In this document: positions 30,196 through 39,613 of the stretch, one piece after another
Numbering within the stretch: position 1 is the stretch's first letter
Layout of the letters: every line of letters starts with the position of its first letter
Virus record (IMG/VR): IMGVR_UViG_3300023115_000022
Span: 1-60,636 of that record
Strand: one strand, 5' to 3'
Source of the DNA: a virus
Taxonomy: Duplodnaviria > Caudoviricetes
DNA length: 60,636 nucleotides
Made by a program: the position numbers and the translations under genes
The notes under the pieces: generated by a model
Database searches by the model: none
Seen by the model: only the letters and a program-made list of their open reading frames with translations
Told to the model about the DNA's origin: nothing

Positions 30196-31236
30196 ATGGC
30201 AACCTTAAAAAATACTAATATAGATGATACTGGTCACCTTACGTTACCAGGACAAGGAACCACAGTTCAAGGTAATATTAGATATAATAATGCTGAAAAC
30301 AAAGTAGAGGAATATCAAGCACAAACAGCTGGCGGTAGATGGAGCAGTATGGCTGCTCCATATTTAACTAGACAAATTGTAACCACCGGTTATTTACATG
30401 GAGGATATGCATTTAGTGTTGTTTGGACAAACACCAATAGATCTACTTTTGCAACTGATACAACAGTAGATTTAACAGGAGCAAATCAAACACAAGAAAG
30501 AGGACACAACTACAAAGCAAGTGTTTGGAGTGCAACCACAAACTTTACTTTTGGCGGACAAGCTAATGCTCACTGTGCAGGTTCTAATGGAAATATCGCA
30601 TTTAACATGGTAACAGAGCAAAGTTTTACTAGTGGATACAGCAGAACTATTCCTTGGACTACTAATAATAATGCTTGCATCCAGCAAGAACAGTGGAGAG
30701 GATGGACAGGCATGGGCGGAACATCAAACGTATATGAGTTTGATTTCCAAACAGAAACATTAAATACCAGTGCAATAACATCTAATCCTAATTCAGGCGG
30801 ATGGGGAACTAACCATGAAAGTCATGCTGTATGGATAGGGTCAGGCGAAGGTTATAGATTTGCATTTGCTACACGTACAAACATCAGTGGTAGAAGTTTA
30901 CGTGTACAAGGTGACAAACATCAGCACACATTACAATTCAAACATTCCTATCATATTGCCGGTCGAGAAGGAAACCCATCTTCTAACTGGAGGGAAACTA
31001 ATATGTACAGTGACACAACCAGAGACGCTATCGGTAGCAAGCCAGCATATAGTGGCGAAGAAAATACAGTCACAGGGCAAGAATGGGCTTACGGTCTAGG
31101 ATGGTATCAAGGTGGTCACGTAAATACAACTTATAAATTTACATATGCTACTAGATCAGGGATAACTACTACATCAAGTACACAGCCTAAAGGAATGAAT
31201 GGGCAAAGTTCCGCAACGATGTCGTGGAGAGGTTAG
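30196..31236 (+). CDS. receptor-binding-type protein (346 aa), paralogue of the upstream C-terminal domain
   Basis: MATLKNT N-terminus; shared AFNM.TEQ, GEEN...GQ.W.Y and WRG end. Confidence 0.65.
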   Translation: MATLKNTNIDDTGHLTLPGQGTTVQGNIRYNNAENKVEEYQAQTAGGRWSSMAAPYLTRQIVTTGYLHGGYAFSVVWTNTNRSTFATDTTVDLTGANQTQERGHNYKASVWSATTNFTFGGQANAHCAGSNGNIAFNMVTEQSFTSGYSRTIPWTTNNNACIQQEQWRGWTGMGGTSNVYEFDFQTETLNTSAITSNPNSGGWGTNHESHAVWIGSGEGYRFAFATRTNISGRSLRVQGDKHQHTLQFKHSYHIAGREGNPSSNWRETNMYSDTTRDAIGSKPAYSGEENTVTGQEWAYGLGWYQGGHVNTTYKFTYATRSGITTTSSTQPKGMNGQSSATMSWRG

Positions 31237-31242
31237 TGAGGG

Positions 31243-31248
31243 TAAATA
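31243..31248 (+). promoter_or_regulatory. T4-type late promoter core
   Basis: (GG)TAAATA in the intergenic gap, AGGAG RBS downstream. Confidence 0.55.
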
Positions 31249-31279
31249 TAGTATATATATTACCAGGAGTTAATTATAA

Positions 31280-32137
31280 ATGAGTAAACAAGATAGACTA
31301 ATCCAATATAGTTCAGATAGATTTGTAAGCGAACCAAAATCTGATATTTCTATGCTGTCGGATGTTGATAAAGAAGTTTTGCACAAAGCAATGAACAAGG
31401 AATGGACTAATCCAAAATACAAATTACGTTATTTTGTAGGCGAAGCTCAAATTACACCTTATGCTAAAATGCGTCAATGGCTTTTAGAAATAAAATCAAA
31501 AGAAGAATCTATTGAAAACTTAGAATATGAAATTGCAAAAGCACAGGTAGAATACGATAGATTTGAAAGAATGAGAGACCAAGCCCATGACGATTTAGAC
31601 AAACGTCTTGCTGAAATTGAAATGTGGAATTCTGATAGGATTATGTATACCACAAAGCGTAGATTGCAAGATTGGTATTTAGAAAGACAACAATTAATTG
31701 ATTTGCTGACAGAGTTTTTGGCAAGTGATCAAGCATATTTGCCTGACGGGTCTGGTAGAACATATATGGATATTCTTAATACAGAAGAAGAAGATTTATA
31801 TGAAGCAGAATATTGGACAAACAGACTAGCAAAACAAGCAGCAACAGATATGTTGTTTTACGGAAGAATTGGTTCTGGAAATATGGATGCTATTCTGCAA
31901 ATGCCTCCGGAACAGCAAGCGGAAACACTATCTTTGACTGTAAACTATAGCACTAAACTACAAGATTATCAAAATAGGTTGCAGTCAGAAGCAGAAGAAA
32001 ATTTAAAACTAAATTATCAACAGGAAATGAAATCATTAACCACACCTGCAGATGAAAATGATGTAGAAACACATTCCCTTGTTGATGATACTGAAAAAAA
32101 AGATGAGGGGTTAATAGACGATGTATATTCTACATGA
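31280..32137 (+). CDS. hypothetical coiled-coil protein (285 aa)
   Basis: AGGAG RBS; helical, E/K/R-rich heptads. Confidence 0.65.
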   Translation: MSKQDRLIQYSSDRFVSEPKSDISMLSDVDKEVLHKAMNKEWTNPKYKLRYFVGEAQITPYAKMRQWLLEIKSKEESIENLEYEIAKAQVEYDRFERMRDQAHDDLDKRLAEIEMWNSDRIMYTTKRRLQDWYLERQQLIDLLTEFLASDQAYLPDGSGRTYMDILNTEEEDLYEAEYWTNRLAKQAATDMLFYGRIGSGNMDAILQMPPEQQAETLSLTVNYSTKLQDYQNRLQSEAEENLKLNYQQEMKSLTTPADENDVETHSLVDDTEKKDEGLIDDVYST

Positions 32138-32705
32138 AACAGTTGCGAGCAATGATCCGAGATTAGATCCTCGTATAAAAACAAAAACTAATGTTTGGCA
32201 CTACACTATAAGCGAATTAAATCCTAACGAAGGTATTATTACTTCGTGGCTTAACCCTGTAGAAGTTACAGAAGAAGAACTAGTAGCATCAAAATTTACA
32301 AATGTAATGGATAATATGGTACCAATATTAGTAAACACTGCTAATAGAGTAGATATGGTAGAGCCTACAAGTTTTGGTGATCCTACATATGAAAAAATCA
32401 TGTATACACTGACAGCAACTGATAAATCAAATCTTGTTTCTTTGATGAAAAAAATGATGAAATTACATGCTGAAAATCATATAGAAGATAACGGTATTAA
32501 ACAGAAACTTTTATTGGGCATAGAACCTCTTTCAAACGTTGAAGAAACACAAATGTACATGGCCACGTACTTCGAATGGGAGTGTGCATTTACACATGAT
32601 AAAAATAAAACACCTATGTTTGATGTAGCATGGGTATGGGGTCCTGAAGAAAGAGGAAACATGGAAGAAACTCCTCTACAACAGGTGGAAAATCCACCTA
32701 GCTAA
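32121..32705 (+). CDS. hypothetical protein (194 aa)
   Basis: GAGG RBS, overlaps the upstream stop. Confidence 0.6.
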   Translation: MYILHETVASNDPRLDPRIKTKTNVWHYTISELNPNEGIITSWLNPVEVTEEELVASKFTNVMDNMVPILVNTANRVDMVEPTSFGDPTYEKIMYTLTATDKSNLVSLMKKMMKLHAENHIEDNGIKQKLLLGIEPLSNVEETQMYMATYFEWECAFTHDKNKTPMFDVAWVWGPEERGNMEETPLQQVENPPS

Positions 32706-32714
32706 ACACTTCAC

Positions 32715-32767
32715 ATTTCCTCTGGGTTAGGTACGCTTACAATAAGTATGTAGTACTCAGAGGAAAT
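32715..32767 (+). promoter_or_regulatory. hairpin sequestering the RBS of the downstream gene, with a late-promoter-like ATAAGTA (32742-32748) inside
   Basis: ATTTCCTCTGGGT 32715-32727 pairs with ACTCAGAGGAAAT 32755-32767 (13 bp, one G-U). Confidence 0.65.
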
Positions 32768-32770
32768 ATT

Positions 32771-34441
32771 ATGCGCAAAATTTTTAGTGTTCCGTTAAAT
32801 CCTAAACTATCACCAGAACAATACACAGAATTTTACAATTTTTTATTAGAATATAAAGATTATATATATGATGTGTATTTTACATCAAGAATAGCACCTT
32901 TTATGCAAGATGCTATGGGAGATTTATTTGTTTATAGTGAAGATTATGATCATGCAATTGAGCAAGCACTAATTATACAGCAAAACATAGGCATACCTAT
33001 TAGTGCAACATTTAATAATATTCAAGTTGCACCTACGCAAAAAAATCTTGATACTTTCATTAAAAATTTTAAACCTTTGTATGATGCAGGTGTACATGTT
33101 GCTACTATTCCACATACACATTGGATGGCTACAGGACAAATTAAATGTGCATTTCCAGAACTAAAAGTAAAAAATACAATTTTACGAGATGTCAGAATCG
33201 CATCTGAAATTGTAAATCTTGCAAAATATGGGTTTGATTATATAAATCTCGACCGTGATTTAATGCGTGACAGAGATACATTAATCCGGTTGAAACAAGC
33301 AAAAGACTGGATAAAGGAAAATTTAAATAAAGACATACATTATAGTTTACTAGCAAATGAAGGATGTATGGGAAATTGTCCTATGATGGTAGAGCACTTT
33401 CATTTTAATAATACCAGGTCAGGAGATACCCCTCAATATTTTAACGATTCTATAAGTAGAGTAAGTTGTCCTAAATGGGACGTAGATGATCCAAGTGTGC
33501 ATCTAAAGACAGCAAACATTCCTCCATGGAAGGAAGATTGGGACGAATTTATAGACGATCTAGGAATAAATGTGTTTAAAATGCATGGTCGCGAATCGCC
33601 AGGACGATTATGGGAAACTATGGATATAATTAAACGCTATGCAAATAATGAAGATATATTATTTGATAATTTTAGCAGTTATTTACAAGACAATAATTTA
33701 ATTGAAAAACCTATTAACGCCTGGCGTAAGAAAATTAAAAATTGTAAATTTGATTGCTGGGAATGTCATTTTTGTGATGACATATATAAAATTAAATCAG
33801 AAATTGATCATACTCCGTTAGTTAAGCATGTAGCACAAGCAATACTAGATAGCGGAGTTCCGACAGTAAAAAATAGTATTCCTGGATTAACAAGTTCTAG
33901 AATAAAAACGTTGCTAAATCTAATTGCTAAAGAACGCAAAATTTATATGGAAGTTGGCACTGCACTAGGGGCCACATTTTGCGGAGCTCTTGTGGGCAAT
34001 AAAGCCAAAGGAATAGCAATCGACACTTGGGAGGAAAATATACAACCTTTTAGGACTGATGTTGGAGAACTACCTGAAAACAATTTAGAATTATTTAAGG
34101 AGAATGTAAAGACACATTTAGATAACGAAGTTGAGATTATAAATCAAGATTTATTTAAAGTGGATTTAACAAAATATTCTAATCAAATAGATATGTGGTT
34201 TTATGATGGGCCTCATAGCGAATCTGCTACAGCAAAAGCAGTTGAGTATTATTCCTCTTGCTTTTCTGAAGAAACTGTGTTAATATTTGATGATGCTAAC
34301 TGGATGGGCGTTGTTACAGGCGCAAAAAAAGGAATCGAAAAAATAGGAGCAAAAGTAGCGTATGAAAAATTAATCATGGGGGAGCAAGAAGATCCAAATG
34401 GTTGGTGGAACGGTTTATACGTTATGGTGGTAAGAAAATGA
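32771..34441 (+). CDS. U32-peptidase-family-like Fe-S domain fused to a class I SAM-dependent methyltransferase (556 aa)
   Basis: LLANEGCMGNCP, VSC, FKMHGRE (cf. U32 KIEGR), CKFDCWECHFC linker; C-terminal YMEVGTALG, FYDGPH, IFDD. Confidence 0.7.
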   Translation: MRKIFSVPLNPKLSPEQYTEFYNFLLEYKDYIYDVYFTSRIAPFMQDAMGDLFVYSEDYDHAIEQALIIQQNIGIPISATFNNIQVAPTQKNLDTFIKNFKPLYDAGVHVATIPHTHWMATGQIKCAFPELKVKNTILRDVRIASEIVNLAKYGFDYINLDRDLMRDRDTLIRLKQAKDWIKENLNKDIHYSLLANEGCMGNCPMMVEHFHFNNTRSGDTPQYFNDSISRVSCPKWDVDDPSVHLKTANIPPWKEDWDEFIDDLGINVFKMHGRESPGRLWETMDIIKRYANNEDILFDNFSSYLQDNNLIEKPINAWRKKIKNCKFDCWECHFCDDIYKIKSEIDHTPLVKHVAQAILDSGVPTVKNSIPGLTSSRIKTLLNLIAKERKIYMEVGTALGATFCGALVGNKAKGIAIDTWEENIQPFRTDVGELPENNLELFKENVKTHLDNEVEIINQDLFKVDLTKYSNQIDMWFYDGPHSESATAKAVEYYSSCFSEETVLIFDDANWMGVVTGAKKGIEKIGAKVAYEKLIMGEQEDPNGWWNGLYVMVVRK

Positions 34442-35043
34442 TAGAAAATGTTTTTGCAATTCCTATATATACAACAAAAGTTAAAGATTTTGTAGGAATT
34501 TCTGCAGAAGTTAATAATGCTATAGAACATAGCAAATTTGCCAACGAATGGCAGCCTGACAACGACACTGCAAAAACAACATTTATACCTCAACAAGAAA
34601 CAAATGTACTACGTAAATTTTCTATGGAAAAGCTGGCAAATGAAATATTTGACAATGCAGAAATTTATTTAAATGAAACTAAACAACCTATAAAACAAAA
34701 TACAGTAAGTATAGAACAAAGTTGGATTAATATTTTTGAAGAATCGCAACATATTGGTACACACGAACACGGTTATCAACCTAACACGTTGAGTGGTGTT
34801 TATTATCATTCTGCTCCTAGTGGATGCGGAAACATTATTTTTAAAAATCAAAATCCTTTTGTAATAAGTTTTCCGCATCAGTCTCCATTATATTCTAATC
34901 TTCATACTGTAGAGGCAACTGAAGGTTTACTAATTTTATTTCCAAGTTGGTTGTTGCATAAAGTAGAACCAAATAGATCAGGAAAACAAAGGTGTTCGCT
35001 ATCCTTTAATATAGCGTTTGATTATATATTTTACGGTGATTAA
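34438..35043 (+). CDS. 2OG-Fe(II) oxygenase (TIGR02466-like)
   Basis: SWIN...HEH...LSGVYY...LFPSWLLHKV...R.SLSFN; ATG at 34438 forms an ATGA overlap with the upstream stop. Confidence 0.85.
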   Translation: MIENVFAIPIYTTKVKDFVGISAEVNNAIEHSKFANEWQPDNDTAKTTFIPQQETNVLRKFSMEKLANEIFDNAEIYLNETKQPIKQNTVSIEQSWINIFEESQHIGTHEHGYQPNTLSGVYYHSAPSGCGNIIFKNQNPFVISFPHQSPLYSNLHTVEATEGLLILFPSWLLHKVEPNRSGKQRCSLSFNIAFDYIFYGD

Positions 35044-35045
35044 AA

Positions 35046-36569
35046 ATGAAACAAATAAAAAAAATTATAATATTTGGTGGCGGAACATCAGGTTGGTTAG
35101 CAGCAGCTCATCTTAGTAATACACTACAGAATCCTGTTGAAATAATGCTAATAGAAGATGCAAGCGCAGGGCCTATTGGAGTCGGTGAAGGTACACAACC
35201 ATTAACTGCTAAATTTTTACACGAATGCGGTCTAATGCCAAAAGATTGGATGAAACCTAGTAAGGCGGCACTTAAACTTGGAGTAGAATTATCTGGATGG
35301 AATGATGATCCATATTTTGTAGATAATGATGATGCTAACAATTATGTTCCTGCACAAGATAAGTTGATTAATAATTATTTTATTACTAAACCTTACAAAG
35401 AATATGCAGACTGGCATCCTGCCTACAGAATTGCAAAAAATAACACATCACCTAAATTAACAGAGTTTACAGATGTAAACTTTGGTAATGGTTTGGATAG
35501 TTTTGGAGCAGTGCATTTTAGTGCGTATGATATTATTGACACAATTAAAAGGATAATATCAAATAGAATAACTTATGTAGACACAAAAATTGTAAATGCA
35601 GAAACCGACTCAACGGGAATAACAAAATTAATAGATGAAGAAGGTAGATTTTACACAGCAGATTTGTATTTAGATTGTTCTGGGTTTAATAGTGTATTAC
35701 TAGAAAAAACTTTAAAATCAGAATGGATCAGTTACACTGACAATGGCTGGCTGTTAAACGACAGCGCAGTTGCAATGCCAACACAATATAATAATCCAAA
35801 AGAAGAATGTCATCCTTATACTAAAGCAACAACTATGAATGCAGGCTGGAGATGGACAATTCCTACCTATAATAGAATAGGTAATGGTTATGTATACAGT
35901 AGCAAATTTATTTCTAAAGAAGCAGCAGAACAAGAGTTACGAGAAGCATTAAATGATTTTGAAACTCCTGTTAAACATTTAAAAATGAAGTGCGGAACAC
36001 ACAAAGCAATCGCATTAAAGAATGTATGCGGTGTAGGGTTAGCAGGAGGATTTGTAGAGCCGTTGGAAGCAACAGGAATAACATTTACTACAGCAGTAAT
36101 TAAGTCTGTGTCAGATTTGCTAAACATGTATCAAAACAATTGGAATGACGAAGTTTTAGATCATCTTAATCAAGGATGGTATGAAATGAGTATAGAAATT
36201 TTAACATTTATTTGGGCACACTATTATTTTAGTTCTAGAAATGATACTCCTTATTGGCAAGAAATTAGAAAACAAAAAATTGAAGACTTGCCTACTAATG
36301 CTCAATATATGCTGTCTAATTATTATCCGGATTTGAAAAACTTCTTATATTTTAGCCCACAAAGTATGTTTACCTCGCAACAATGGTTTAGTATGTTACA
36401 CGCCGGCGGTGCGTATAAAAATATTATAAAACAATTAGATCCTAAAGAAAAACAGTACTACGAATATTTTATACAAGTACAAAATAAAAGAGTCGAATTA
36501 GCATTGGAAACATTTCCAAATCATTATGAGTTTCTGAAAGAATGGTATGACGGATGGACAACAAATTAG
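35046..36569 (+). CDS. flavin-dependent halogenase, tryptophan halogenase (PrnA/RebH) family
   Basis: GGGTSG, IGVGEGT, ALKLG (candidate catalytic Lys), DCSGF, WRWTIP, FVEPLEATG. Confidence 0.9.
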   Translation: MKQIKKIIIFGGGTSGWLAAAHLSNTLQNPVEIMLIEDASAGPIGVGEGTQPLTAKFLHECGLMPKDWMKPSKAALKLGVELSGWNDDPYFVDNDDANNYVPAQDKLINNYFITKPYKEYADWHPAYRIAKNNTSPKLTEFTDVNFGNGLDSFGAVHFSAYDIIDTIKRIISNRITYVDTKIVNAETDSTGITKLIDEEGRFYTADLYLDCSGFNSVLLEKTLKSEWISYTDNGWLLNDSAVAMPTQYNNPKEECHPYTKATTMNAGWRWTIPTYNRIGNGYVYSSKFISKEAAEQELREALNDFETPVKHLKMKCGTHKAIALKNVCGVGLAGGFVEPLEATGITFTTAVIKSVSDLLNMYQNNWNDEVLDHLNQGWYEMSIEILTFIWAHYYFSSRNDTPYWQEIRKQKIEDLPTNAQYMLSNYYPDLKNFLYFSPQSMFTSQQWFSMLHAGGAYKNIIKQLDPKEKQYYEYFIQVQNKRVELALETFPNHYEFLKEWYDGWTTN

Positions 36570-37135
36570 AAATATTTCACGCTGATCTTTTTATACATGA
36601 TAATGTAGGTACAGATTATCAAGTTGCAGATTTAAAAGATCAAGTTTTATCTGCTAAAGAAAAAAATAGCGGTGTTATTCCTAATAGTAATGATAATTGC
36701 TGGCGAAGTGTGCATCAATACGATAGAATAGATTGGCTCTATAATGCTGTAAAAGAACTTACAAAGGCTGCTAGTGAATACTATTTTGAGACAGACAAAT
36801 TTTTTAGTAACAATCTAATACAAAGAAAAATAGATATAAAACTTTGGACAAATGTAAACGAGCCAGGCGGTGCTAATGTTTTGCACAACCATGAAAAGGA
36901 TTCTTATGCAGCAGTTTACTATGTAGATGCAGAAGATACTGGATGTTTAAGTTTTCTTAATCCTGCAAACTTATTATCTAATTGTAATCCATTGTCTCCT
37001 ATGACTAGGCAATTAGTATATCCGCCTGTAAACAATCAATTAATTTTGTGGCCGGCTTGGGTACCACATGAAGTAGAAATTAACAAATCAGATAAGCAAA
37101 GAATTAATCTTGCATTTAGTATAAGGGTATCATAA
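36554..37135 (+). CDS. 2OG-Fe(II) oxygenase (TIGR02466-like)
   Basis: WTNVN...HNH...AAVYYV...WPAWVPHEV...RINLAF. Confidence 0.85.
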   Translation: MDNKLEIFHADLFIHDNVGTDYQVADLKDQVLSAKEKNSGVIPNSNDNCWRSVHQYDRIDWLYNAVKELTKAASEYYFETDKFFSNNLIQRKIDIKLWTNVNEPGGANVLHNHEKDSYAAVYYVDAEDTGCLSFLNPANLLSNCNPLSPMTRQLVYPPVNNQLILWPAWVPHEVEINKSDKQRINLAFSIRVS

Positions 37136-37707
37136 TGAAAGTACATGATAATATATTACAACCTAACATGTTTAAAAAATTGCAATCAACTATTTTAAAT
37201 GCACAAATACCATATTATTTTGGAGAATCTACAGCTTTTAGAGAAAAAGAAAAACCAGATGTACTAGATTATAGTTGGAGTCATTTGGTATATGAAGAAG
37301 GACAGCAGTTAAGTAGTTTAAGTAGTTTTTTAGAAACAGTTTTACTTAGTGCGTTAGATAATGCTGAAATAGAGATACAAAATTTAATTCGTATTCGTAT
37401 TGGGTTAATTACAGCAACTAAAGATCCTATTGTACACGACCCGCACATAGATTACGAAACAGATCATCAAGTAGGTTTATTATATGTGCATGACAGTGAC
37501 GGCGATACAATTATATATAAAAACACTTATGAAACAAATAGTTCTTATAATAGTATTGACTTTATTAAAGATAAAAAATTAGAAGTTTTAGAACAAGTTA
37601 AACCAGTAGGAAATAGAATGGTATTTTTTAATGGTTTACAGTATCATTCTAGTACAACACCTATACACCATAATAAAAGGATTGCAATAAATTTTAACTA
37701 TGTCTAA
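37135..37707 (+). CDS. 2OG-Fe(II) oxygenase
   Basis: PHID (HxD), DGDT, FNGLQYHSS, RIAINFN. Confidence 0.85.
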   Translation: MKVHDNILQPNMFKKLQSTILNAQIPYYFGESTAFREKEKPDVLDYSWSHLVYEEGQQLSSLSSFLETVLLSALDNAEIEIQNLIRIRIGLITATKDPIVHDPHIDYETDHQVGLLYVHDSDGDTIIYKNTYETNSSYNSIDFIKDKKLEVLEQVKPVGNRMVFFNGLQYHSSTTPIHHNKRIAINFNYV

Positions 37708-38434
37708 AGATAAAATACAATTTTTTTCCAAAGTTAAAGGATTAGCAGAAGCATTTCCTATTATACCTGCTAGGCAGTTTGATGCTAAATGGATGCAAAA
37801 CTGTAAAGCAGATTATGTCAAAGTTAAAAATAGCTTGCAACCTAGTCATTTACAGTTATGTCCCGGTATATTTGATATTTTTAAATATGGATATATGGTT
37901 CCTTTATGGCATGATACTGTTTTGAAAACTACAAGAGACAGAGAAGATTTTGATTGGGTTTTGCCTAGCAAAACACTAAGCACCATGAGAGAAGGCGAAG
38001 CAGTTGGGACACATCCATACGAAGTAACTAAGTGGTTACCTAAACGTCATTATAGCAAACATGCTATTGTAAAATTTAATACACCTTGGAATGTTATTGC
38101 ACCAAAAGGAATAAAATTCCTAGTGTTACCCATACCATATCCTGATACATTTGAATTTGAAAGTAATATAGGTATTTTAGATCCTGCTATTAGCACAGAA
38201 TTAAATATCCAGGGATATCTTAATATTAGCGAAGGAGAACATATGATTAAGGCTGGTACTCCTTTGATGCATATTATACCATTATCAGAAAAGAGTTTTG
38301 ATTTCGAATGCAGAGATATGAATGACAACGATGCAGAATGGTTAGAGAAAAGGGTTTACTTTAATATTTTTGGATTTAAATTAAATAAAGCAAAACTTAA
38401 AGATGCATACAATAATCATTTTTGGAGAAATTAA
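37700..38434 (+). CDS. hypothetical protein, paralogue of 38847-39605
   Basis: CPGI...W.D...PW...G.LDP...AGTPL motifs shared by the two. Confidence 0.7.
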   Translation: MSKDKIQFFSKVKGLAEAFPIIPARQFDAKWMQNCKADYVKVKNSLQPSHLQLCPGIFDIFKYGYMVPLWHDTVLKTTRDREDFDWVLPSKTLSTMREGEAVGTHPYEVTKWLPKRHYSKHAIVKFNTPWNVIAPKGIKFLVLPIPYPDTFEFESNIGILDPAISTELNIQGYLNISEGEHMIKAGTPLMHIIPLSEKSFDFECRDMNDNDAEWLEKRVYFNIFGFKLNKAKLKDAYNNHFWRN

Positions 38435-38857
38435 ATGATATACGAAACCTTTACACGTAATTTTGTAAGATATTCGCAGGAACTAAGAGACGACGGCGGC
38501 GATCCGTACAAAGTTATTAAAACAAAAAAAGACAGAGTAAAAGCACGGCAGATACTAAACATGTATCTAAAAGATAGAGAAGTTTATTTAACTTATAAAA
38601 CCGGCGATATTGTTACTTCTGTTGTTGCAACAAAAATACCGTCTAGTGAGCTACCACAACCGTTACCAGCAATTGAGCCAGTTGAAACTCACATAGGAGA
38701 ACATATAGAGCTGCAAGAACATCATGTATCTTTTTACATTATGCCTGCATGTGAGCCTACACTAGTACACATTGACGATGTAGTAGAATTTGTTGTAACA
38801 CCTGATAATATCGATAACCTTTTCGATTACTTAAAGTTTCATAAAGATGAATTTTAA
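38435..38857 (+). CDS. hypothetical protein (140 aa)
   Basis: GGAG RBS, abuts neighbours. Confidence 0.6.
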   Translation: MIYETFTRNFVRYSQELRDDGGDPYKVIKTKKDRVKARQILNMYLKDREVYLTYKTGDIVTSVVATKIPSSELPQPLPAIEPVETHIGEHIELQEHHVSFYIMPACEPTLVHIDDVVEFVVTPDNIDNLFDYLKFHKDEF

Positions 38858-39605
38858 AATATTTAAAAAACCAAAGTTAGAATTTGTTGCACTGTTACCG
38901 GAAGTAGCACAGATTATGCCTATTTTGCCTGCTAGTAAACACCAATGGCAATGGGCTAAAGATGCATTAGAAAACTATAAAAAAGAAAAAGACAACAACA
39001 AAACAAATAGGTTTACACATGTATCAAGATGCCCTGGCATATTAGGAATAACAAAGTCAGGATGGATACAACGTGCTTGGCAAGATATTGTAATAGAAAC
39101 AAACGGCGACGGTAAAAGTTTTAAATGGAAAACACCTATAAACCAAGCAGTTACAGATAGTGATAATAATTGGAAATGGGATTATGTAAGCCATCACCCT
39201 GAAGAATTATTCGGTTTATACAATCCTGACAAAAACTGTTTGCAAACAATAATAAAAATACAAAGTCCGTGGATGGTGTATATTCCTAAAGGTTACTATT
39301 TAATGAGTATGCCCTTGCCCTATCCTGACAGGCACGAGTGGACGGCAGCAACAGGATTTTTAGACCCAGACTACGGTCCTAATTTTTTAAATGTACAAAT
39401 GTTCTGGCATAATCTTAATGGACAAACAGTTATTCCAGCAGGCACTCCTTTGTGCCAATACATACTAGTTAAAAAACAATCAGTTGAAACAATTGTGAGA
39501 GAATGTAACAACAATGACATTGATAATTTAAGATTACGAGCAAGTGCTATAGATTGTAAATATCAAAGCAATTATACTATACTTAAAGATTTAAAATGGA
39601 AATAA
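38847..39605 (+). CDS. hypothetical protein, paralogue of 37700-38434
   Basis: CPGI, AWQD, SPW, GFLDP, AGTPL. Confidence 0.7.
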   Translation: MNFKIFKKPKLEFVALLPEVAQIMPILPASKHQWQWAKDALENYKKEKDNNKTNRFTHVSRCPGILGITKSGWIQRAWQDIVIETNGDGKSFKWKTPINQAVTDSDNNWKWDYVSHHPEELFGLYNPDKNCLQTIIKIQSPWMVYIPKGYYLMSMPLPYPDRHEWTAATGFLDPDYGPNFLNVQMFWHNLNGQTVIPAGTPLCQYILVKKQSVETIVRECNNNDIDNLRLRASAIDCKYQSNYTILKDLKWK

Positions 39606-39613
39606 GTACTTGT

